Shown in pieces: positions 40,375 to 51,210 of a DNA stretch of 64,000 nt. The DNA comes from Eledone cirrhosa (Eukaryota). Every line of letters starts with the position of its first letter. Within the stretch, counting starts at the first letter, position 1. The notes under the pieces are model-generated. The model worked only from the letters and a program-made list of their open reading frames with translations, made no database searches and was not told the origin of the DNA. The translations under genes and the position numbers were made by a program. The stretch covers positions 244,032,001 through 244,096,000 of the forward strand of contig OZ024742.1 of the NCBI GenBank assembly GCA_964016885.1. The letters are read 5' to 3'.

Positions 40375-41375
40375 ATAAATAATGAATGAATATTACATAA
40401 TTTATGTGCTAAATTTTGTGGCTGTTGATTAAATATATTTTATAGCTTATTTAAAGAACTTTAAAATTCACTTCTTTAAAATTTTCAAATGTCAACACTT
40501 CTGGTTAGCGGCCGTTATATTATAACACTTATAAGAATATTGCCTATATTTCCGTCGCTAATTTTCTCCTAATGCAGTTTATATATAATTTCTTCTTTTT
40601 TTAAATGTATCATGGATTACTTTACTAATTACATAAGACAGTGTAACACAGAGTTCATTCAATTTCTGTGTATATTGTCAATTACGATTTTATTTGATGT
40701 ATCATATCTACAAGCATATATATATTTGTGTATAATATCAATATATACACTTACACATGTCAGCAGAAAACCACCCATAGGTTGGTTTTTCTGTTAGTAA
40801 TCTGTAATTGTCTTAGCAGTGTTGGTTATAGTTTAATTTGTCACATTGTCATATATGTATCTGTCTGATGACTTTGCTACAACAATGATTTTGACCAATT
40901 TTGAAATAGTCTCAAGAAATACATTTATTATGATACACTTAACGCAAGAAACATGCATTCAAAGTTTCTTACAAGAAATCTTTGCTTATTAACTGTTTAA
41001 TTGTATTGATGATAACTTCAATATATGTGTATGTGTGTGCGTTGTGTGTATGCGTATGCATATATAAACAATCGCAGGGAAAACTGATGTTAAATGATGA
41101 TCATCATATTTTCATTTCATTTTACGTCCGCCTTTCCCCTGCTTGCAAGGGTGGGACAGGAACTGATTCTGGCTTGATTTCTACAGCTGGATGCCCTTCC
41201 TAACACCAACCTCATTTACAGTGAGTGCTGGGTGCTTTTTTGCCGTGGCACCTCCACGACCACTTTGCAGTGGAATGATATGGATCCCAGTCCCTATCAT
41301 CTCATTTCTACAGCTGAGTAAACTGGAGCAATGTGAAATAAAGTGTCTCGCTCAAAGAAACAAGAGACTTTATTT

Positions 41376-41413
<38 letters not shown>

Positions 41414-41433
41414 ACCTATTATTTTTCTCTAAA

Positions 41434-41532
41434 GAGGTTAACTTTGCCTTTCATCCTTACGGGGTCGATAAAATAAAGTACCAGTAATGTACTGGGTAAT
41501 TGCTGGCCTTGTGCCAAAAGTAAAAACAATTC
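41434..41532 (+). mobile_element. 5'-truncated young family A SINE with 15-bp TSD
   Basis: TSD tttttctctaaagag at 41422-41436 and 41533-41547. The last gag overlaps the SINE sequence (microhomology). Confidence 0.9.
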
Positions 41533-41602
41533 TTTTTCTCTAAAGAGATTTTTTCCAATTTTATCCCGCCCGTCCCCTTAATCTATTTTATTTCTCATTC
41601 TT

Positions 41603-41638
41603 TCTTCTGATGAAGGACTAGCGTCCGAAACGTTAAGA
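41603..41638 (+). ncRNA. Minimal type I hammerhead ribozyme motif (Penelope-like element type)
   Basis: TCTT-CTGATGA-A-GGAC(TAGC)GTCC-GAAA-CG-TT-AAGA. Intact core, 4-bp stem II, palindromic ACGT stem III and 4-bp stem I (TCTT/AAGA). Confidence 0.8.
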
Positions 41639-41793
41639 CCCTCTTCCTGCTATATCAAGTGTTAACTTAATATATACCTTCTATATACTGTACCGATTGT
41701 GTTGTTATTTCTGTTTACCTTTTACATACATATAAGCAGGGAAAAGCGGACGTAAAATGATGATGATGATATACACACATACATATATCTTTG

Positions 41794-43900
41794 TCATCCT
41801 CATCATTACTTTTGCGTCTGTTTTTCTATGCTTGCATGAGTTGGACAGGTCCTACTGAGCACATCTCTCTACTCATCTTTCTTGGTCTACTTCTACTGTG
41901 GCTTCCTTCCACTGGATTTCCTGACACTTCTTCACCCAGTGATTATTGTCCATCTGCATTACATGTCCATACCAACGCAGCCTTCTCCCCTGCACACCAC
42001 CTCGGAGTCTTCTTAAACCCAGCTTCTCCATTAACCCATTGAAGTTCTACCTGACGGAGCGTGGTTGCTTCATTTCTCTCCAGTCTACGCATGTCTTCTG
42101 CAGTCACAGCCCATGTTTCACTACCGTGCAGCATCACACTTTGCACACAGGCATCATATAGTCATCCTTTGTACGTAGGGAGAAACCTTTTGTGGTCAAC
42201 AGTGGGAGTAGCTCTCTAAACGATTTCCATACTATCCTTATTCTAGCTATTATGCTCTCAGAGCACCCTCCTCCATTGCTAATTATGTTGCCTAGATAGC
42301 AGAAGCTATCAACCTCTTCTATGGGTCCTTCCTGTAACTGGAATAGATTCACATCACTGGCTATCTTCCCTTTCTTTGCTTACCTCTCTGCATCTTCTAC
42401 ATATATGGTCTTCTCTTCCTGTTAGTCTACCTGTTATCCCATTAGATCTCTTGTGTACCCGCATACATCATATGGAGTTATGCCTACTCCCTTTCTACAT
42501 ATTGAGCAGGGCCACTTCCCTGAACGAATCAGGGTCCTATCTTCTCTCCTACTCATTAACACTTTATTTTTGGCTAAGTTTACTCTCAGACTTTTTGATT
42601 CCAAATTATATTTCCATAGTTGGAACTTATTTTCTAGTTCTTTAATAGATTCAACTATAAGAACCAGATCATCTGCATAGAGAAGTTTCCATGGGCAACT
42701 GGTCTTAAACTCCTCTGTTATAACCTGGAGAACTATAATGAATAGCAGTGTGCTAAGAACCGAACCCTGATGAACTCATACTTCTACAATCAATTCCTTA
42801 CTAAACTCACTTCCTACTCTCACTTTACTGACAGCTCCTCTGTACATGGCTTGCACTGCTCTCACCAGCCATTCTTCTATATCTAATTTCCTTAAGGACC
42901 ACCAGATAATAGATAGGGGTACTCTGAAAGGCCTTTTGTAGATCAACAAAAGCTAGGTATAGTGGCCTATTTTTGGCTAGGAACTCCTCTTGTAGTTGCC
43001 TCACTAAAAAGAGGGCATCTTTAGTACATTTTCCAGGCATGAAACCAAACTGCATTTCATCTAATTTAAGTCTTTCTCTAATCGGTTGTGCTACAACTCT
43101 TTCTATCACTGTCATAACTTAGTCCATTAGTTTTATTCCTCTATAGTTGCTCCTTTATAGAGCATCACCCTTCCTTTGTAGCAATTTATGATTGTACTGC
43201 TATGCCAGTCATTGGGTATGACACCGTCCTGTAATTACCTGATTGACTATGCAGGTCACTAGTTCGACTCCTACTTCTCTTGATGCTTTTAGTATCACAG
43301 CAACTATCTCTGATGGTCCCACAGCTTTACCATTTTTCATCTCTTTGATTACTTCTTTAACCCTATAACTCTCAACTTCAATGGCTGGCCCTTCCATTGG
43401 GTAGATTGGAGCTATTTTCTCTTCCTCCCATTTATTTTCTACATTCATCAGTCTCTCATGGTAACATTTCCAGGCCTCTTTCTTTAGAACATCAGTGGCG
43501 CTACATACACCAGTGTCATTTCTAACACATTTTCCCTCAAAAACACAATTCAGACTGACACACTGCCTTGCAATGCAGAACACTTTGTATCTGATTCTCG
43601 CATCTCAGGATGTTGGCAAACTTTCTTTCTTCAGTCTCTCTCCAAGCTGTGTATACTTGTCATCTAGTTTCTCTCTTAGCTACCTGGTACTGGTCTCTGC
43701 TACTCCCATCGTCTTTCCATGCCTGCCTTGTGGCTTTAATGCCTCTATCCACCGTTCTGTTCCACCACCAGGTCACCCTCTGTTTGGCTGGTGCTTTCCT
43801 CCAGCCACAAGTTTTGTCTAGTTTGCAAAAGGTTGTCTTGCAAGAATTTCCAGTTGTCCTCTTCACCATATATATCTAGCTCGTCACTTCTCTCATATGC
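41794..43900 (-). mobile_element. RTE LINE (copy 2), 5'-truncated and frameshifted
   Basis: ORF fragments TWWWNRTVD, GKAVGPSEIVA, QFGFMPGKCTKDALF, LAFVDLQKAF, VDSFCYLG and LHGSETWA. Degenerate (CAT) tail near 41794. Confidence 0.93.
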
Positions 43901-43918
43901 TACATATACAGTGATAAT

Positions 43919-44111
43919 TGTTTCTACTTTTGGCACAAGGCCAGCAATTATCCCAGTGTATTACTGGTACTTTATTTTATTGACCCCTGTAAGGATGAAA
44001 GGCAAAGTTAACCTCGGCGGGATTTGAACTCATAATGGCAAGGGCTGTAACTCTATGCGTCAAAGCATGGCGTCCGACCCTCTACCGATACTGCCAATTC
44101 ACTGCCCTTAC
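43919..44111 (-). mobile_element. Full-length young family A SINE with 17-bp TSD
   Basis: TSD acatatacagtgataat at 43902-43918 and 44112-44128. Confidence 0.93.
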
Positions 44112-44394
44112 ACATATACAGTGATAATAATGTTATATATGCTTTACTAAAATACTTTTTCTTAGTGTTTGGAAATAAATATTAGTTGTAGAACAGGTGA
44201 TTTGACAAAATATTTCTTCATGGATTTGTATATCAACTTTACAAATCAGTTTTGTCTTTTAGAAAGACTATCTAAAAAAATCAAATCAAAAGAATATATG
44301 GAGTTTTCTTAATTATGAATTGTTGTGAGATTTTTACATTGTATGTGTAATAAATATTTTGTACATATTAGTATGTACAAAAGAGATATTGCAT

Positions 44395-44520
44395 ATTAGT
44401 ATGACCACATAGAGCTATCAGTATGACCAAGTTAAGATATCAATATGACCATGTAAAGTATGGTCAGGTAAATATATCAATATGACCATGTAAAGATAGC
44501 AAAGTTATCAGTATGACCAA
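44395..44520. repeat. Degenerate tandem repeat of about 22 bp
   Basis: Recurring tatca(g/a)tatgacca.gtaaag. Confidence 0.75.
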
Positions 44521-44755
44521 CCATTTATTTCTTTATTGACAAAGTGGGAAAACAAAAAAGAGTTTAATCAGTTGATAAATATCTAAGTAGGTTAACACAA
44601 ATGGTTCATTCCAGTTTTCTTTGGGAATAAAAATAGAAGAGTCGTTTGAGAGAGGAAAAGACAAACATTTACGTTTAAAGTGAATGTCTTGAGAATCTCT
44701 AATTGTTGATTAATCGAGGCAAGCTAATTATTTGTTACCATTCCACATGTGCATA

Positions 44756-44768
44756 CTCTCTCTCTCTC

Positions 44769-44849
<81 letters not shown>
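44756..44849. repeat. (CT)n microsatellite
   Basis: Direct reading. Confidence 0.97.
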
Positions 44850-44852
<3 letters not shown>

Positions 44853-44930
44853 CTAAACCTGATTGGCTTAGAATTGTGTCTTAAGATACCTTAAAACCAA
44901 ATTGTGTATTGCATATATCTATATATAAAG

Positions 44931-44972
<42 letters not shown>

Positions 44973-45097
44973 CGCACACACAAACACACGTCTATATATG
45001 AAGTATATACATGTATATATATATGTATGCACACACACAAATACACGTTTATGTGTCTGGGTTAGTGGAATATGTATTATTTATACATATTCATCTT

Positions 45098-45145
<48 letters not shown>

Positions 45146-45813
45146 TTTTTATTTTCCTACCTACAATATCTTTAATATGAGACATTTTTAAAGCCAGACA
45201 CTCATGCTGGCTTTTCAAAAATACTAATTATATTTATTTATTGATTTGTTTTAGTAAAGTAAGCAAACAAACAATAGCAACATTTTTCAATTGTCCACAG
45301 AAAATTATATAATGCTCAGGAGAAATTTTTTCTAATATAGAGAGAGTCTGTGCTTATATACAGTGTGTAATAAAACTCCTAGAATGAGAAGACAAGATGA
45401 GGTTAATGTAGTTAATTTTGTGTTGATGGTTGAAACTGAAAGCGAGTAATTATTAATATATATCTGTATTTACACTGAAAAAAAAAGAGAGATACACACC
45501 TAAATCATGCAAGCATGGAAAAATATACACCAAATGGTGATTATAATAATGATATAATTCAGTGGTCTCAGTCATTAGGCTGCAGCCATGCTGGGACATT
45601 GACTTGATTTAGTCATTTATATCAACTATATTTAGGGTGCCCTTTGTGATGCTGACCCATACCTCATTTAAGTATGATACATGTTGTCAGCATTTGCTGA
45701 ACCACTATACTGCAGGGTGTATTGTTTGTGGAGGACATAAACAACTGTCATCGCAGGCTTCATAAACAGAGTCAGTATGATGTTGGCAGCAATTGGTATA
45801 TATATATATATAC

Positions 45814-47409
45814 ACCTTCGACAGAGTCCCCCGTTCCATTATCTGGTGGGCTCTTAGAAAACTAGGTGTCGACGAATGGCTTGTGAGAGCTATACAAGCC
45901 ATGTATAAAGAAACAGTCAGCAAGGTTAGAATTAACAACGAATATAGTGAAGAGTTTAGCGTAAAAGTTGGCGTCCATCAGGGCTCTGTTCTCACCCCCC
46001 TACTATTTATTATTGCCCTTCAGGCTATAACAGAGGAGTTCAAGACCGGCTGCCCATGGGAACTCCTATACACAGACGACCTAACACTCATAGCTGAATC
46101 AATGGCGAGCTAGAGAAGAAATTCCAAACATGGAAGCACGGCCTAGAATCAAAAGGCCTTAAAATTAATCTGGCTAAGACCAAAGTTCTAGTTTGTAGGA
46201 AAGAAAATAAGGCGGCGGTCCCTTCCGGGAAGTGGCCATGCTCAGTGTGTAGGAAAGGCGTAGGTAGAAACTCCATTTTGTGTCAGAAATGCAAAGTATG
46301 GGTGCATAAAAGATGTAGTGGGATCACAGGTAAGCTAACTAAGAACATAGATTTCACATGTTGCCGGTGCTCTGGTGTAATAAGTAGCAGCAAGTGCCCA
46401 CAAAATACTAGCTCTTTCAACTGCGCAGAGGGCTCTATAGAAATAGTGGACAGCTTCCGTTACCTGGGTGACAAAATCAGCAGTGGGGGAGGGTGCTCTG
46501 AAAGTACAGTAGCTAGAGTCAGAACTGGATGGAAAAAGTTCAGAGAGCTTATACCACTATTAGCCGCTAAAGGGTTCTCCCTAAAAACGAAAGGCAGGTT
46601 GTATGATGCCTGCATACGAACAGCAATGTTGTATGGCAGTGAGACCTGGGCATTGTGTGCAGAGGATATACGCAGACTAGAGAGGAACGAAGCTTGCATG
46701 CTCCGCTGGATGTGTAATAGTAATATATGTGAACGGCAAAGCATAAACGAACTAAGGAAAAAATTAGAAATAAGAGGGATCAGATGTTGTTTACTCGAGA
46801 GAAGGCTACGTTGGTATGGACACGTGATGCGCATGAAAGTCGATAGCTGTATAACAAAGTGCAGGGCAATAAAGATAGACGGTTGCCACGGAATAGGCAG
46901 ACCTAGAAAAACCTGGGACGAGCTGATAAACTCTAACCTCACACACTTACACCTCTCCAAGACAATGTCACTAGACCGAGACCTTTGGCGGTACTCAGTA
47001 ATAGAGAAGACCCGCCTTACCTAAATACATAGTAAAACCTACTACAGTCAGTAGGCATCTCTAACAAAATACACCCCCACTCCATCCACACCGCCCCCTT
47101 CTATGTAAAGTTATGTTAGTGCCACACCATCCAGGCCGAAACAAATGAGATCGTGTAGGTGTCACGACAAAAAAACACACAGTCCACGCTGTAATGTGGC
47201 CGTGTAGGCAACACGGTAAAAACCTCCCAGCCCCACACTGTAAATGTGGTTGGTGTTAGGAAGGGCATCCAACTGTAGAAAACCTGCCAGACAGTCCTAT
47301 ACGAGCAAGACAATCACTCTTGCCTCAAGTGGGAAAACCCCCGTCCAAACCCATGCAAGCGTGGAACACGGACGTTAAACGTTGATGATGATGATGATGA
47401 TGATGATGA
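45814..47409 (+). mobile_element. RTE LINE (copy 3): young, 5'-truncated, long 3' UTR, (GAT)n tail
   Basis: FDRVPR...GVHQGSVLTPLLF...LLYTDDL, one frameshift near 46107, then an open frame to the stop at 47024 (PHD-like finger, RRLRWYGHVMRM, GRPRKTW). About 385-nt 3' region ending ggacgttaaacgtt(GAT)n. Confidence 0.95.
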
Positions 47410-48342
47410 CACACATATACAGAAGCTGTGGTTATTTTGTGTGTGTGTCATACCTTCATCTCTTTCTCTCATAACTATCCCTTTTTCCCTGCTGAAGATA
47501 TGATCTCCTAAGTCTTGGTGCCATTATAAAATTCATCCAATGCACCTTGTTAAGTGTTAGTGCCAGTGCCACAATAAAATTTACCCTATAAAGGGGTTGG
47601 CATTAAGATGGGCATCCAGCTAAAGAAACTATGCCAAAATGTGGAATGTATGAGCAAGACCATGTCATACATTCCACATTTCTAGACTACAACAACCCAT
47701 CAAACCTATGGAAAAGAAACGTAAAATGATGAGAATGTTGATCATGATGTAAAATGTAAATATGACACCTGAAAATAATTGATGTGTATGCTAATTAAAA
47801 TGTAGTATTGATATGAGTAAAAGAAACAAAGTTAATAATCCAGTATAATTCCTGCTACTCTAGTGATTAATTAATCATTTCAAACATACAGATATGTAAT
47901 GTTAGATAAACTTACTCAAATAATTCAAGCAAACATCCACTTTTCTTTAACCATCTAAACTATGTTAATGTAATAACAGTATAGAGACACAGTAAAAAAT
48001 GAAAATCATAATTTCATATACATAGTTTTCCTTCTCTATTGTATACTATTAAAAAATATAAAGAATAAATAAATTTTCACAACGTAGCAATGCATGATTC
48101 CCATTTGTGTGTTAATCCATAGTTCAGCAATTAATATAGTGTTAATCTTTAGTAAGAGAAGCTAATCTGATTCTGTAATTAACTTAGTCTGAGTTATACT
48201 TAGCTGACCTATATTGTATCAATCCATTAGGTCAAGTGCTGCATCTTCCATCCCAAGTGAAAATATGCACACATAACACACACACACACACACACGCACA
48301 CGCACACGCACACACGCACGCACGCGCGCGCACACACACACA

Positions 48343-48382
<40 letters not shown>

Positions 48383-48639
48383 TGTGTGTGTTCTTTTTCA
48401 TTCATTTCCCCTCCACTAGTTCTCTCATTTCATTCAAAAAGAATTGTGTGTGTGTGTGTGTGTGAATATCATCATTTCACTTTTACGTCCGCTTTTTCCT
48501 TGCTTGCAAGGTGAATATATATATATATATACATATATATATTACATTTTGACGCTATAGTCACTTATATATTATGAAATACTGTTGGCTTCTTGTTACA
48601 ATAATTTCTATACTTTTCATTTATATATATATATAAATG

Positions 48640-48701
<62 letters not shown>

Positions 48702-48765
48702 TATCATCATCATCATCATTGTTTAACGTCTATTTTCCACGGTGGCATGGATTAGACTATATATG

Positions 48766-48791
48766 TATATATATATATAGGGGTCAGACTA

Positions 48792-48843
<52 letters not shown>

Positions 48844-48852
48844 TAGTCTGAC

Positions 48853-48869
<17 letters not shown>
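48766..48869. repeat. Perfect 104-bp palindrome: (TA)7-ggggtcagactacattg-(TA)21-caatgtagtctgacccc-(TA)7
   Basis: Arms 48780-48796 and 48839-48855 are exact reverse complements, and the centre and flanks are self-complementary (TA)n. Confidence 0.9.
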
Positions 48870-48921
<52 letters not shown>

Positions 48922-49430
48922 GTAGTCTGACCCTTGCTTTGCCAGCAGGGAAAATAGACGTAAATGATGATGATGATGTGTGTGTTTGTGTATGCGCACA
49001 CAAATACACTCATATACATATGCAGAAGTCGTTTAGTCAGTAATCACTTATATAATGAATATAGCATTGTAAAATGCTAAATATTAATTGGTTGAAGATT
49101 TATTTCCACTATTTCAAGCTGTCATCAAATATGTTTACAGTCTGTTGATATTAATTACTTTAGAGAAAGGCTTCCATGCTGAAGCCAAAACTGTTGTAGA
49201 AAAGTAGACCAAAAACAGGTCAAAACAATATGTTATGTCCTAGACAAGTTGTTTTTTTTTTCTCTCTTTTTCTTTACTTTCCTTTTTTTAGTTCAAGTAA
49301 ATCAGTGTAACTACAAATTGTTGCTCTGATATTCTGATATTGTGACACACATAGGGATATAGTTTATATAAAATATATATACACGCGCGTGCATGTATTA
49401 TATATATGTATATATATATATATTACATTA

Positions 49431-49480
<50 letters not shown>

Positions 49481-49650
49481 GGGAGGTTTCTTCAAAGTTA
49501 CTACTGGCAAGGGGCGTCTAGGAAAATGCAATTCTTCCTCATTTAGCAGTAAAACAAGTGATACGTAATAAGTTGATATTTGAAAATGAATAAACTAACT
49601 ATAAAAAGAGTAAATATCCTTTAACAACAACAACAACAACAACAACACCA

Positions 49651-49835
49651 GTTTCTACTTTTGGCACAAGGCCAGCAATTACCCAGTCCATTACTGGTAC
49701 TTTATTTTATCGACCCCGTATGGATGAAAGGCAAAGTTAACCTCGACAGGATTTGAACTTAGAACGTAAAGGGCCATAACTATGCTGCAAAGCATGGTGT
49801 CTAACGCTCTACTGGTTGTACCAATCCACCACCCT
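49651..49835 (-). mobile_element. Family A SINE (short subfamily)
   Basis: Homologous to the other copies. Flanked by (AAC)n and (AAT)n. Confidence 0.9.
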
Positions 49836-49929
49836 TTAATAATAATAATAATAATTCCTTTTATTGGCTATGAGTGCCCCGGATGCTGTGGACAGTACAA
49901 AGCAGAAATATATAGGAACACAAACCGCA

Positions 49930-51210
49930 AAATAATCGAGAATTATTATTGTGTGGGACTGCAATAACAGTAAGGATACAAACTTAATAAATTGACAATA
50001 ATAAATAGAATAAAGTAAGATAGAGAAAAAGCCCCCCCCCCCAAAAAAAAAGACAGTGGGGAGAGACAAGAAGTAATAAAGGGTAGGGTACCTTATACAG
50101 AACTCTGGATCACTTGATACACTAAAAGTACTGCTTTTACTCTGTTCTTGCTATTTGCCTACAGCTGTATAGTTAATGTGGACACATTTAGCCACACCAA
50201 TTTTGCTACTCCCACTTGCCTTTCAAAGCATTCAGTCGGGCAGCACCTCCTAGTTTACTCCTATCTTTTTCCTCAAATGTTATTTGAAAAAGTTGATGGG
50301 GAGAAAAGTTTTGTCCTCAAACTTTTCAACCATGACCACCTTACCAATTACTCCACCACCAGACAGGAAGATTACTCACTGTTCCTTGCCAAACCTTGGT
50401 GGTTTAATTCTCACAATTGTCTCTGTTGTCTGCTGGATCCCTCCTGTATGTTATACTAGTTATTTGACATAAACTCACAATTTAGTAATGCATGGATAGT
50501 GGATGAGTATGTGCCAGATGCTTTTTGTTGTACTGCACACATCTCAAGCAAGTTTGGTTGCTAGGAGCTGCAACCCAGCCATGCCTTTATAGTTTATATT
50601 AAACAGGCAAGTCCTCTCTTTAGTATGTATGCTATACCAGGGACGTTTGGAAATTATCTATAATGCTCAATCTTTAGAAAATGCTATGGAAACTGTACTT
50701 GTCGATGTCTAGAATCACCCTTAAGCCATCATTGCTCATATCTATCATTAGCCCTTTATAAAATGTAGATGTTGACTTTACACTGACTATATGGTACATG
50801 TAGTAGAGTATAGTGATTGTCTGGTAAGATTCTTTATGCCAAATGCTAAACTTCAAACTGCAACTCAGTCAAGGAGACAAGCTGAAGGAAAGTGTGTCAC
50901 ACAAATGGTGACCACACCTGTTCACTGACACTGTTGTCCAGGAATCTCTGCAAGGGTGCCAGCTTCAGTCTGTGCTATCATATCACCAGCTATGGCATAC
51001 TAAGATCTCTTTGTAGTGGAGGTTGGCAGCAGATGGGCCTGGGAAATGTGTGCCTTACTCAAGAGTTGGAAGAGCATACACTCCAATTTTGTCAAGTGTT
51101 TCTTGGGAAATAGCACAGTGGTCAAACAGCAGCACACCACCAAGTAATATATGTTAGCTGTTTCCACTCATCCTTTCAGAAACAGCTTGCTCTCAGCCCA
51201 TTTATTAATT
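49930..51210 (-). mobile_element. Decayed L1/Tx1-like LINE remnant
   Basis: The minus strand gives ...INFFK*HLRKKIGV, homologous to the C-terminus of the 33380-35165 element. Low-complexity 3' region at about 49930-50080. Confidence 0.5.
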
